Shown piece after piece: positions 29,014 through 41,412 of a stretch of 64,000 nt of DNA. The DNA comes from Macrostomum lignano (lineage: Eukaryota). The stretch covers positions 186,001-250,000 of the forward strand of contig NIVC01001497.1 in the NCBI GenBank assembly GCA_002269645.1, in the 5' to 3' direction. The position numbers and the translations under genes were made by a program. The notes under the pieces were generated by a model. That model did not search any database, was not told the DNA's origin, and saw nothing but the letters and a program-made list of their open reading frames with translations. Within the stretch, counting starts at the first letter, position 1; each line of letters opens with the position of its first letter.

Positions 29014-32000
29014 TCAGGAAACCCCTCGCAGCTGCGTGACCAAACCGATGACTTTGTCGACCGCCTCCTCAGGGCTGGCCAGCACCGGCACGTTGGCCCG
29101 ATTGGCCACGTCCAGCAGGTACAGCCGGCCCCGATTGTAGTCCTTGACGGCGTCCGCCGACAGGTCGCAGCCGTCCCCGTCGCCGCCGCCGCCGCCGGCC
29201 GGGTACAGCTGCACGTGCAGCACGACTCGCCCGCAGCGGCCGATAAAGTGAGCGGCCTCGAGCATCGCCGCGGTTGACCAGGAGTCGCAGGTGATTACAA
29301 ATAGCAGCACAAGGCTCTGGTCGCGGGCGCCGGATTCGTAGGATAGAAACCGGGACGACCAGTTTGACACCTGGATTCGGTTGAGCAGGGAACAGAGTAA
29401 GTCCCCGCAGTTACCTTGAGAGTATTTGCTTTGAAACTCACTACTAAATTTAATATTTATCACCAGAATCTCCCATTCCTCATTACCAGAATCTTCTATT
29501 CCTCATCACCAGAATCTCCCATTTTTCATAAGCAGAACCTCCCATTCCTCATAACCAGAATCTCCCATTCCTCATCACCAGAATCTCCCACTCCCCATTA
29601 CCAGAATCTCCCATTCCTCATAACCAGAATCTCCCATTCCCCATCACCAGAATCTTCCATTCCCCATCACCAGAATCTCCCATTCCTCATCACCAGAATC
29701 TTCCATTCCCTATCACCAGAATCTCCCATTCCTCATCACCGGAATCTCCCATTCCCCATCACCAGAATCTCCCATTCCTCATCACCAGAATCTCCCATTC
29801 CCCATCACCAGAATCTCCCATTCCTCATAACCAGAATCTCCCATTCCTCATAACCAGAATCTCCCATTCCCCATCACCAGAATCTTCCATTCCCCATCAC
29901 CAGAATCTCCCATTCCTCATAACCAGAATCTTCTATTCCTCATCACCAGAATCTCCCATTTTTCATAAGCAGAACCTCCCATTCCTCATAACCAGAATCT
30001 CCCATTCCTCATCACCAGAATCTCCCACTCCCCATTACCAGAATCTCCCATTCCTCATAACCAGAATCTCCCGTTCCTCATCATCAGAATCTCCCATTCC
30101 TCATAACCAGAATCTTCCATTCCCCATCACCAGAATCTCCCATTCCTCATAACCAGAATCTCCCATTCCCCATCACCAGAATCTTCCATTCCCCATCACC
30201 AGAATCTCCCATTCCTCATCACCAGAATCTTCCATTCCCCATCACCAGAATCTCCCATTCCTCATCACCAGAATCTCCCATTCCCCATCACCAGAATCTC
30301 CCATTCCTCATCACCAGAATCTCCCATTCCCCATCACCAGAATCTCCCATTCCTCATAACCAGAATCTCCCATTCCTCATAACTAGAATCTCTCATTCCT
30401 CATCACCATAATCTCCCATTCCTCATAACCAGAATCTCCCATTCCCCATCACCAGAATCTCCCATTCCCCATCACCAGAATCTCCCATTCCCCATCACCA
30501 GAATCTCCCATTCCCCATCACCAGAATTGCTGATTGAATCGCCCCTCACCTGGGGATTATAATAGGAGATGCCGGCAGCCTGCAGCCTGGGTATCGCCGC
30601 ATCGTCACGCCAGCGGCTCCGGCCGCACGTGCCGCCCAAGAAGACGTCATAGATTGGCGCGGCCGCCGACAGGGCAGACGCCGGTCCAGTTAAAAGCCGC
30701 TTAGCAAACGCCAGCGGCCAGGCCAGCGCAGACCAGAGCCAGTCGGTCCAGTCCTCGCGGCCGGACTCGCTAGAGTACAACAGACACAGGTCGGCAAAGC
30801 TCACAGCCTGGCCAGGCTCGGGCAGCACCGACATGTCGAAACTGTCGCAGTCGTTGCGCCGACGCCCAATAACGCCGCCGCCGACGCCGCCGCTCATTGT
30901 CTCCAGGATGAGGCCGGCTGCGTCAGCCGAGATGCGGCCAGTCCGGCCAGTGTCGTGACAGCGGAACAGCTCCCAGAGCAGGGTGAGGGTGCGGCTGACC
31001 GGAGCGGCCGAGTCCCACACTGGGCTGACGCCGTCATCTGGTGACAGCTTGGTTACCGACTGCCTCTGTTGAATGAGCGCGAAGTTATGGGGAGTGCGGA
31101 ATGTTAACCAGAATCTATAGATATATTGATTGTGAATTCATCGATTTTTCATTTTCTAATTTTCTAATCGTGGTCTCTAATCCCCTAATTGTGGTCTCTA
31201 ATTCACTAATTGAGGTTTCTAATCCCTAATTGTGCACACTAATTGTGGTCTTTAATCTCCTAATTGTGGACTCTAACCCCCCATTTTGATTTCTAATCCA
31301 CTCATTGTGGTTTCTAATCCCCTAATTGTGAACTATAAATCCCAAATTGTGGTTTCTAATCCTCTAACTGTGGCTTCTAATTCCCTAATTTTGCACTCTA
31401 ATCCCCCTAATTGTGGCTTCTAATCACCTAATTTTGCACTCTAATCCCCTAATTGTAGTATCTAATTCCCTAATCCTGACCTCTAAGCCCTTGATTGTGG
31501 CCTCTAATCCCGTAATTGTGGTCTCTAATTCCCTAATAGTCCGTTTTTCATCAGATCCCAACTATCGGCTATTTTTTCAAATCCCCTAATTATGAACTCT
31601 TTTACAGGGTCCCCAGATTTCAGATCAGATTCCGAGACTTGTTGCTTCAGACACTTGAGCAAAAAAACTTACAGGCTTCTTAAATCCCTCTCACCTGTTT
31701 GACAAGAGTTTTGACAGCCTGCAGCGCGGCTGGCAAGCTGTCAAACACGGGAATTTGACAGCGCTCAACCAGATCGATGAGGAATAGGAGACTGCGATGG
31801 ATCGACTCCTGCTCCCTGTTTTAAATAAAAGTTGCATTTATGACATTTGCAATATCGCTGAAAATTCATGACTCAGATGTACTCAACACCCATCAACCAT
31901 TGACCAAGATTTACCATCGGCAATTGGCAATGCGGCTCTTGCCAGTGGTGCAGGCGTCCGGTATAACCAGCACCAGGTTGCGGCCTTGGCCAGCTAAGTA

Positions 32001-35000
32001 GGCCGACTCAACAATAGAGGCGATGCCCCTGGTGCGCGGGTCCAGCACAAACAGAAGCACAGAGGCGTTGTCCTTGGCTGTGTTCTCAATGTCGATCAGT
32101 TGCGGGTACCACGAGTCCACTTGCTGCGAGATTTGGGAGGGGGGGCGGATGGCTCTAGGGATTGAAATTACAAAGTTTAAAGTAGCGTCTGTGCTAGCTA
32201 TGGAGTTTATTAAAGTCATGTATGAGTATTATGCGACAGTCACGCAGGTATTTGTCATGCAACATCATTTGAAGATAGCAGTCAGTTGAAGGTCACGAGA
32301 TGGTAAGTGATGGCCAGTTGAAGGTCATGAGATGGTTAAAGTGATGGCTATTTGAAGGTCACGAGATGGTTAAAGTGATGTCCATTTGAAGGTCATGAGA
32401 TGGTTAAAGTGATGTCCATTTGAAGGTCACGAGATGGTTAAAGTGATGTCCATTTGAAGGTCATCAGATGGTTAAAGTGATGTCCATTTGAAGGTCACGA
32501 GATGGTTAAAGTGATGTCCATTTGAAGTTCATCAGATGGTTAAAGTGATGTCCATTTGAAGGTCACGAGATGGTTAAAGTGATGTCCATTTGAAGTTCAT
32601 CAGATGGTTAAAGTGATGTCCATTTGAAGGTCACGAGATGGTTAAGGTGATGGCTATTTGAAGGTCACGAGATGGTTAAGGTGATGGCTATTTGAAGGTC
32701 ACGAGATGGTTAAAGTGATGTCCATTTGAAGGTCATGAGATGGTTAAAGTGATGTCCATTTGAAGGTCACGAGATGGTTAAGGAGATGGCCATTTGAAGG
32801 TCACGTGATGATCATTGACGTTAATCTCACAATAAAGATCTCTTGTTAGACAAGATCAGACACAGAAGCCAGAGACTCACCGGGTTATAAAAGCTTATCC
32901 GTTCTTTGACTAGAAACGGCACGGCGGTGTCGCTGCGCCACGTGGTCGGATTGCAGGCTCCGCCTAGAAACACGGAGCAGCGCGGCTCGTCGCTTAGCAA
33001 CGGCCTGCCGCCGCCGCCGCCGCCGCCAACGACGACGACTCCGCGCCGTAGACTGGGACGGCGCCATCTGCCGAAGCCGACACCGACGCTAGATCTTCGA
33101 CGATAAGCGACGCTTGGACCCCCGGCCGGGGCCGATGCGCCGATGCTGAAGCGACTTTTCTTGCGACGATTTTTCAGACAGCCGACCAGCACGCAGAATA
33201 GCTCGAATGAGAAGCCGCCGCCAAGTCCGCAGCCGTTGGACCGACTTTGCCGGCTCCTGCTGGCTCGGAGTGCCGCTTTCAGGCTGACCGGGAAATCGCT
33301 GCACTGCAGCTCCAGTACTGTGGGGGGGCGGTATGTTTGAGTTTAATTTAAAATGAATTTTAAATACGAGGTCATGGCAAAAACGTGAATAGAAGAATCT
33401 CGTTCACGTTTTTCATGAATTTTTTTTCTCGCTTGGGATCAGATTGGCTTTTGTCAGTTATCGTGACGCTAGTCCGTAAAGAGGCAAGCAGTCATGCTTA
33501 TTCCGATGAAGCTTTCAGCACGCAGGTATACGCTCACACTCACACACGCTTATATACACACACTCTCTCACATACGTTTACACACGGTGAAACTCGCTCA
33601 AACCCGCTCACACACATTCACACACGCTCACACATGCTCATACACGGTCATTCACGCTCACACACGCTCATACATGTTCAGAACGCTCACACACACGCTC
33701 ACACTCTCACACACGCTCACACTCTCACACACGCTCACACACTTTCACACACACTTTGTGTACAAAAGTACAGCAAAATTAGCAAATTTAGGACACTCAC
33801 TCTGCGACCTGCTAGGATAGATGCCAAACCGATGGGCAGCCTTTTGAATTCGTTGCACCAGAGGGCCGCCTCGGTCTGTCCGGGCCGCGCTGTCCAATTC
33901 GTAGCGATCGAATGCCGCCCTGAGCTGCCTGGCGAGTTTATTTTAGTGTGTGTTGGTTTTTTTAAACTACTTATATGAATCAATAAATCAGTAGCTAAGT
34001 ACGAATATAACATCAAGAAGTTATTCTATTCTTACTGTAAAAACTTCGATTTCATCTATTGGCAATAAAGTGGGCAATTAGGTCCGTAGCTACTTTTAAA
34101 ACTTTAAAACAGTTTTAATTAACAAGCTAGGCGCAGTATAAGTGCACCGCTTGTTGACAGCGCGCCTGTCTCTGACATACAGTGCTGACAGTGGGCTTTT
34201 ATAACAGAACTGAAAGTTTACGAATAAATAATTAAAAGGAATTGATGTATAATTAGAATAAATAATTAAAAGGAATTGATGTATAATTAGCTAACCTTAT
34301 CATTTTGGTTTGATTGGGAGGTGGAAGACCTGGGAGAGTGGTGGAGGATCTGGGAGGGTGGTGGAGGACCTGGGAGGGTGGTGGAGGACCTGGGAGGGTG
34401 GTGGAGGATCTGGTAGGGTGGTGAAGGATCTGGGAGGGTGGTGAAGGATCTGGGAGGGTAGTGAAGGATCTGGGAGGGTAGTGAAGGATCTGGTAGGGTG
34501 GTGAAGGATCTGGGAGGGTGGTGGAGGATCTGCAAAGGTGATGGAGGATCTGGGAGGGTAGTGAAGGATCTGGTAGGGTGGTGAAGGATCTGGGAGGGTA
34601 GTGAAGGATCTGGGAGGGTGGTGGAGGATCTGCAGGTGTGAAGGATCTGGTAGGGTGGTGAAGGATCTGGGAGGGTGTGAAGGATCTGGTAGGGTGGTGA
34701 AGGATCTGGGAGGGTGGTGGAGGATCTGGGAGGTGGTGGAGGATCTGGGAGGGTAGTGAAGGATCTGGGAGGGTAGTGAAGGATCTGGTAGGGTCGTGAA
34801 GGATCTGGTAGGGTGGTGGAGGATCTGCAGGGTGGAGGATCTGGAGGGTGTGAGGATCTGGGAGGGTAGTGAAGGATCTGGGAGGGTCGTGAAGGATCTG
34901 GGAGGGTGGTGGAGGATCTGGGAGGGTGGTGGAGGATCTGCAAAGGTGATGGAGGATCTGGGAGGGTAGTGAAGGATCTGGGAGGGTAGTGAAGGATCTG

Positions 35001-35590
35001 GGAGGGTACTGAAGGATCTGGGAGGGTCGTGAAGGATCTGGTCCTTCACTTAGCCAGCACTTAACTACTATTCGCTAAAAATTCACATATTTCTAATAAG
35101 CTAAATCTCTTTGCACAGAGACACACCCAGAAAAGAGATAGGCAGACACAGTGAATTGAAGCAAAATGTATTATTTCAGAAAATAGAACGTTGTTTTGTT
35201 AAAAGAACTTGCGCCTCTTTGCAGTTTATTTTATAGCGAATCAATAGTGTATATAAAAAAACAGTATAGTTATTGAACAAGGCTTAAGAAATAGTGTACA
35301 TAAAAATCAAATCAATAAACTGTATTTTTCAGAGGCGGCACACATTGTATTTTACACTAGTAGTATTTATCACAGAAGGAATTTAGGACGGAACCGCAAA
35401 ATATATTACTACTAGTAGATCAAACGAGGCGGAAAACCAAATAGGAAGGGAAGTTTAAGTAAGGTAGCCGAATAAAGAGTTGGAGTGAGAAGAATAGAGA
35501 AATAAAAAAGTTTTGCTACAGCTTTTAAAGTACACACAGTGAATTTCTCCAATCAGTTGCATACTCAATGGACCTCTCCCTTTTGGCCAT
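29014..35590 (-). CDS. Raw/OLRN-1-like protein: two EF-hand-like + nucleoside 2-deoxyribosyltransferase-like modules, 7 exons, 597 aa
   Basis: Exons 35590-35565, 33928-33801, 33317-32881, 32123-31915, 31815-31695, 31065-30550, 29370-29014 (1794 nt, phases consistent). Repeat 1: VFLGGACNPTTWR...SFYNPQVDSW...LLFVLDPRTRGIASIVESAYL. Repeat 2: VFLGGTCGRSRWR...SYYNPQVSNW...LLFVITCDSWSTAAMLEAAHF. The 26-nt first exon is the least certain part. Confidence 0.85.
29460..30525. repeat. 23-bp minisatellite (CACCAGAATCTCCCATTCCTCAT), Raw-like intron 6
   Basis: About 45 copies filling the intron. Confidence 0.95.
31160..31600. repeat. Degenerate about 21-bp repeat (CTAATCCCCTAATTGTGGTCT), Raw-like intron 5
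   Basis: Direct, diverged units. Confidence 0.8.
32285..32810. repeat. 34-bp minisatellite (TTTGAAGGTCACGAGATGGTTAAAGTGATGTCCA), Raw-like intron 3
   Basis: About 15 copies. Confidence 0.93.
33530..33760. repeat. CA-rich low-complexity tract, Raw-like intron 2
   Basis: CACACACGCTCA-type units. Confidence 0.75.
34315..35042. repeat. 20-bp minisatellite (GAAGGATCTGGGAGGGTAGT), Raw-like intron 1
   Basis: Direct; a 33-bp AT-rich duplication lies just left at about 34225-34290. Confidence 0.94.
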
Positions 35591-35819
35591 AGACTATGAA
35601 GAGCAAGTCTTAAAAACAGCTTGATTCTCCTACTACTAAGATTGCCTACTGAACAGTAGCAAGTAAAGAATATAAAGCTAATTTCTTTTAGTGTGTTAAA
35701 AGTTCAACTCACGCGAACTTTCCCAGTGCTTGAAGTGCGTTTAACAATGAAAATCCTTAACTATAGCATAATTTAGTCTCAATAAAACATCCCAGTCGAG
35801 ATTCCTCCAGTTTCTCTAT

Positions 35820-38800
35820 TCATAGCAGCCGCATCAAGCTGCTAGGCGTGCCGGAGGCGGCGGCAGCGTTGCCCCCGTGTCCGGCGCCGCTAGTCGCTTT
35901 GCTGCCGGTGCCGCTGGAACGCATCCGGCCTCGACTGCCAGCGGCTGCGGCAGCGGCGGCTGCAGCCTCCGCCTCCTGCTGCTGCCGCTTCCTATTGAGC
36001 AAGTAGGCCTGATAAGCGCCAGGCGGCAGCGTCGCCGAGGCGTCCGTCCGTTTAGCGGCCGATTCGCGCACCTTGTCCTGAAAGGTCGGGATCTTCTGGC
36101 GCGGCCTAGGGATCAACTGCAGCGAGCCCGGCTTGCAATGGCTCGGCACGCCGACCTCAGGCAGCGTATCGGCCGAAGCTGCCGTCTCCGCCGCCGGGGC
36201 CTCGTCGTCATCGTCTGCATCGGCGATCTCGTCCAGCGGCACATCCTCCTCAGTGTGGTGCGTCACCGCCGTGTCCGGTCGACTGGCCGATCGCCGCTCG
36301 GCCGCCGTAGTCGGCAACCCGGCCACCGCCTCGGCCAGCAAGTCGCGCAGCCGACGCAGCAGACGTTCGCCGTCGGCCTCGCCGACAGGCATCTGCAGTG
36401 CCTGTTTGAGAATATCGGCTGCGGCGCTGACGCCGGCCCGGGCGGCCTCGTTCTCGGCTTCGGCTCTGCTGAGATCGTCCTCGGCGGCCCGTTTCAAGGA
36501 CTCCTGCTCGTCCAGCTGTTGGGCCAGCGATTCGATCTCTTCGCGCTGCTCTTCTACCTATATAAATTTTAGATTATTGAGATTAGACACTGTACTCGTT
36601 GTTGCACGCGTAATTGTTTTGTTTTCCTGTTAATTTATTGACTTTTTGCAGTGCTTTTTTGCATGATCTCTACCCCACCACTCCCTTCATCTCTACCCCA
36701 CCACTCCCTTCATCCCTACTACACTACTGCCTTCATCTCTACTCCATCATTCCCTTTATCTCTACTCCACCACTCCCTTCATCTCTACTCCACCATTCCC
36801 TTCATCTCTACTCCACCATTCCCTTCATCTCTAATCCACCATTCCCTTCATCTCTACTCCACCATTCCCTTCATCTCTACTCCACCACTCCCTTCATCTC
36901 TACTCCATCATTCCCTTCGTCTCTACTCCACCACTCCCTGTATCTCTACTCTACCACTCCTTCATCTATCTGTCATACATCACTACCTGTGCATTCCTAA
37001 TCAGAAGAATTCTCCCCCTCCGCACTTGAATTGCCCGGAAACAAGCAGCAACGAAGACTCAGAAAGACAAACAAGAAGCCCCGTAACCGCACCTGAACGC
37101 GCAGGTTTTCGCTCTCCCGTTCCATGGCTTCCATTTCGGCCTCGCGTCGCTTGAACTCGTCAACAAGCAGGTCGAGCTCCTTCCGTTTCTGGCGCAGCAT
37201 CAGTATGATGCGCTGGTGGCAGGCAAACTTAGTGGCCGACTCTTTCTGGCCGCGCTCCAGCTCCGCTATGCGACGGCGCTGCTCGCGAAGGCGCTTACGA
37301 ATCTCCGCGTTCTCCTCCATCAGCTCCACCTGATCACGGGTTGGTTGTATAATCTGTATTGTCTCTAACAAATCACAATAGGCTTAATTTAGGTTTAAAA
37401 ATAGAAATTAATAGCAATACACATAGCACCTTCACGCTGACTCCTGAGCACATTCAACAAGCTCGCCAATACTGTACGCAGGCACGCACTCATACACACG
37501 CTCACACAGGGTGTACAACAGCTCTATCTATTCGTCAGACATGTACACTCTCTTGGGGGCTGGCCCTCAAGGGCACGACAACCCATCGGCCAATTTTTGT
37601 GCACACGAGCCCCAAATGAACGCGTTTGCGCACGGAATCGAACCACGGGCTCGTGACGCGAGAGTCAGACCCGTTTACCTCTGAGCTGCTCCTCCCCCAA
37701 TACATCAATCATTTGAAATTTAATTTAAAAAGTTGCATATTTCATAGAGCTGCTAGCCTATTACAGCTTCATTTTGCACTCGCTTACGGTGCTTGTCTAG
37801 AGACATACTCAGCCGTGAACTAATAATAATAACTGATTACACCTGCACTGACGGGCAGATTTGCAACTGGCAGCTCAGCCGCAGCTATTAATTGCGCAGC
37901 GCATCTGAAGGCTGCGTACCGATGTTCAGTCCAAGGATTGGGGGGTCGTCTCCATACACAGTCTCAACTACCCCAGCTAATGCTGGCACCCATTTTACAG
38001 CTGGGTGAACTGACCCACTAACTTGCTCACCTGTTTCTCAGACATCTTGAACATCTGCGATTGTATAGACACATTCTCTCGAATAGTTCGCTTAGTAGTT
38101 TCGGCCATTTGTTTGTTAGAAACTTTGCGAAAATCCGCCGCCACGTGGTTAACTCGGGTCACCATGTCCTTTTTAAGCCGGTCTCTGTCCAGCTGGCGGG
38201 GTTAAACAAACAATCGTAGAATAAAATCACAAATTTAAATGGAAAATTTGACATAAAAAGTAACAAAAAAATCAGTGATAATTTCCTACCAGATTTTTAG
38301 CGTGAATCCTCTGCTTAGCAGCCTCGTGATCCTCCAGCATCTTGTTAAACTCCTCAGTGAGCGCATTGTACCTGGCTATGATGACTTCGCGATCCCGTTT
38401 AAACTCTTCTAACGAGGCTAATTTGGTTGCGGCCAAGTTGTTCTCGCTGGTCAGCTGGTCCTTCATCTCCTGGAACTCGGTGCGAAGCCGCTGCAACAGC
38501 TGCTCCCATTCTTCTTTTTTCTGCTCCTTGAGCTGGCGCTGACCGGTGAGTCGGTCCTGCAGCTCGGCAATTTCGTCGTCCCTCTGCTCCATGGTCTTCT
38601 TGAGAAAGGCGACCGAGTCTTGGCGAGTCTTGCTGCTGTCCTCGAATGCGCTGAGCAGCTGGCTGTTCACCTGCTCGAGCTGGCGGTGCTTCTCCTGGTA
38701 GCGAGCGAGCCGGCGCTCCCAGTCCTGGATGTGCTCAAGCAGCTGCTCAAGCGACAACTCGTAGCTATAATCTGGCCCCTCCTCTTCTTCTTGCTCCTCG

Positions 38801-38859
38801 GCTTCGTCTTCTCGCTTGCCTTTGCTAGCCTTCTTGCCAGCTTTCTTCTTTGGCGGCAT
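35820..38859 (-). CDS. CFAP157: Cilia- and flagella-associated protein 157-like coiled-coil protein, 4 exons, 568 aa
   Basis: Exons 38859-38290, 38192-38031, 37329-37093, 36557-35820 (1707 nt). Recognised segments IQDWERRLARYQ, VAFLKKTM, EFQEMKDQLTSEN, KLASLEEF, LDRDRLKKDMVTRVNHVA, MAETTKRTIREN, HQRIILML, SLQLIPR resemble vertebrate CFAP157 as recalled. Confidence 0.88.
36665..36960. repeat. 23-bp minisatellite (CCATTCCCTTCATCTCTACTCCA), CFAP157 intron 3
   Basis: Direct. Confidence 0.9.
37430..37690 (-). mobile_element. Diverged SINE family 2 relative with a different tRNA head, CFAP157 intron 2
   Basis: Minus strand: AGCTCAGAGG...GGTTCGATTCC head, then ATTTGGGGCT, TTGAGG.CCA.CCCCCAAG, AGTGTACATG and TGTGTGAG...CTGCGTAC...TGCTCAGG blocks shared with family 2. 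Confidence 0.7.
37821..38012 (-). mobile_element. SINE family 1, 5'-truncated copy, CFAP157 intron 2
   Basis: (ATT)n tail plus 3' body up to CAGTTCACCCAGCTGTAAAATGGG; tRNA head missing. Confidence 0.85.
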
Positions 38860-38964
38860 CTTTTCTTTTCAAAGGCTGATTGACGTGCAGATAGTTGATT
38901 AATATTTGGTGGCTGACGAGCATGCAACAGGAGGTTAAGTGCTTTATGTTAATACGAGGGTGTC

Positions 38965-39450
38965 CATTCAGCGTGTGTCTCTTAGTATCTATCTATGTGT
39001 CCTAGCATCCGTCTATGTGTCCGTTTTAGTGTCTCTTAGTATCCATCCATGTGTCCTAGCATCCGTCTATGTGTCCGTTTTAGCGTGTCTTAGTATCCAT
39101 CCATGTGTCCTAGCATCCGTCTATGCGTCCGTTTTAGTGTGTCTTAGTATCTATCCATCCATGTGTCCTAGCATCCGTCTATGTGTCCGTTTTAGTGTCT
39201 CTTAGTATCCATCCATGTGTCCTAGCATCCGTCTATGTGTCCGTTTTAGCGTGTCTTAGTATCCATCCATGTGTCCTAGCATCCGTCTATGCGTCCGTTT
39301 TAGTGTGTCTTAGTATCTATCCATCCATGTGTCCTAGCATCCGTCTATGCGTCCGTTTTAGTGTGTCTTAGTATCCATCCATGTGTCCTAGCATCCGTCT
39401 GTGTGTTTCAGTGTGTCTTAGTATCCATCTGTGTCCTAGCATCCGTCTAT
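38965..39450. repeat. About 52-56-bp minisatellite upstream of CFAP157
   Basis: GTGTCTTAGTATCCATCCATGTGTCCTAGCATCCGTCTATGTGTCCGTTTTA x about 9. Confidence 0.9.
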
Positions 39451-39596
39451 ACACCGTTTGAAATAAAGCAGAAAGAAGACAACCGCAGAAGCAGAAGCCC
39501 AGCTGCAAGCCAACTACGCATCAGCTCTCATCTCATATCAAGCCGACGTTTGGGGGTGTTTCAAAAGTAACGAGAATTTTGTTATAATCCATAAAA

Positions 39597-40185
39597 ATAA
39601 AGACTTTCTGTGACAATATTTGCGTTCTCCGAGATTTTATTTGGTAATATTCAATAATATCCCGTAAAGTCTTTATGTCTATGGTTTATACGAGATTACA
39701 CATGCCTTTTTCGGGAGTTATTTTCATAAATCCCTCGGGCCTCAGGCCCTCGTGATTTATACAAATAACTCCCTCAAAAGGCATGTTTAATCTGATACAT
39801 AACTTTTGATGGGATGTACGTATGAACCTGAAATTTTCACCCAACAATATGAACAACTAAAAGCTTTATATTTTAAGCCTTATATAGCTGCAAGCAACTG
39901 TGTAACCGTAAATGAAAATCCATGCCTCGAGATTGAAGATTACGATTTTTGTCTATGGCAAAAAGACTCAAAAAGTTTAAAATTTGAAGGCGTTTAAACT
40001 TCAAATTGTTTGAAGTTTAAACAATTTGAATTTAAACAATTAATGGTTGTTTAAACAATTTAAACAACCATAGACAATTGCAAAAAAGCAATTGTCTATG
40101 GTTGCTGAGTCTATGGAGCAAACACACATGGGAAGGAATCGGTTTGCGCGCAGTGTTCAGCCTGGCTAACATTAGTCTATGGCCA
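39597..40185. other. Cluster of inverted repeats/hairpins, probable non-autonomous DNA element
   Basis: 48-bp imperfect arms 39694-39741/39745-39792; perfect stems 39993-40021, 40043-40071, 40065-40104; 11-bp IR 39597/39666; six GTCTATGG/CCATAGAC words. Confidence 0.7.
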
Positions 40186-41412
40186 AAACTTGTGTTGAAA
40201 TCAACAGGCTCTTATGGATTCTTGTGCAGTCAACTTTCATGGGAGAGTCAATTGCTTGTTTGTCTTTTTCTCACTTTTTTTCTCTAACCTTTATGTACAT
40301 AACACTGGCCTGTTCACACGCGCTCCTTCGAATAAACTTTTTCTTGACCACATCATGGAGCTGAGATCCGCAGCTTTCATTTGAATCAAGTTACAATTGA
40401 AACGGACTGAAATTATGTCCGCTAGAAGACATAGTAGCAAGGGTTCCGGAACTTTTGACGGACAGTAGTTTCAGTGCATTATTGCAGTGTGTGAATTCTC
40501 ATAAACGGTGATCACATCAGCTGCAAGCTGGAACCCGCACTCATCGGGGTCAGGCAATAATTCATTGGGTAAACAATAGCGCTAAACTCTGTGCATGCAA
40601 TCCCAAATACAGGAAAAGAGCCCGGCGTGGGCTACAGCATGTACATGTATACGCTTCACTGCCAATCCAGTTTTTTTCGGATAGAGAGGAGATGGGAAAG
40701 AGACTTTTGGTTGAGGCTTAATCGCTAGGCAAATATGCATACCTAATGTGTACCCACATCAGTACGGGCTTAATTACCTAAATGTATGTACACTCAGTGT
40801 CGCTAACAGGAGGCAGTAATGCCGGATACAGAATACGAAACAATTCTGCATCAAACAGGTGCTTGCATATTAATGGCAGTATCTACTAAATTGGGAAATA
40901 ATTTTATACCTATATGTGCGAGGATAGATCAAATTGGATGAAACCTAATGTTGTTGCTAAGGGAAAATCTTGATAATAATTGTGGTAGCTAGCGTGCAAG
41001 TGCACTACAAGAAATGCATATACGAGTATACGCCAGGTCGCGTACAGCAGAAGCTCAAGCCTATACGTAGGCAGTATTAAAATTGAAACACAGCAGCAGA
41101 TAGGTATGAGAGGCTGAATGCAGCAACTGTAAACTAGCCAATGAACAACTGCCTGTATAGCCTCTAATTGCATCTCACTGGCTGCCAAGCGCAGGGGAAG
41201 CTGCAGAAGAAACAAAGAGAGGAATGATAGCAGCATATAAGATATTTCTGCCAAGCTGTCCAACAGAGCGCCTGAAAACGCAGCAAGCGAACAGGACTAG
41301 TTCGTCAAACACTTCTTATTAACAATAGGAGCATTTGAAGCGGCTATAGCGAGTAGATTTCTAAGGCGAGACTTAACTGTAACTAAAGAGCGCACAAGCC
41401 CCCAACGCAGCC

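Noticed and set aside
33924-33928. SL-AUG initiation of the Raw-like gene at the phase-0 AG at 33924
   Set aside because: A better explanation was found: a 26-nt ATG exon at 35590-35565 with donor GA|GTATGC matches the first AG (33928) in phase.
40340-41263. Minus-strand hydrophobic ORF 40910-41263 and a neighbouring interrupted frame
   Set aside because: Non-ATG start, no motif and no splice support.
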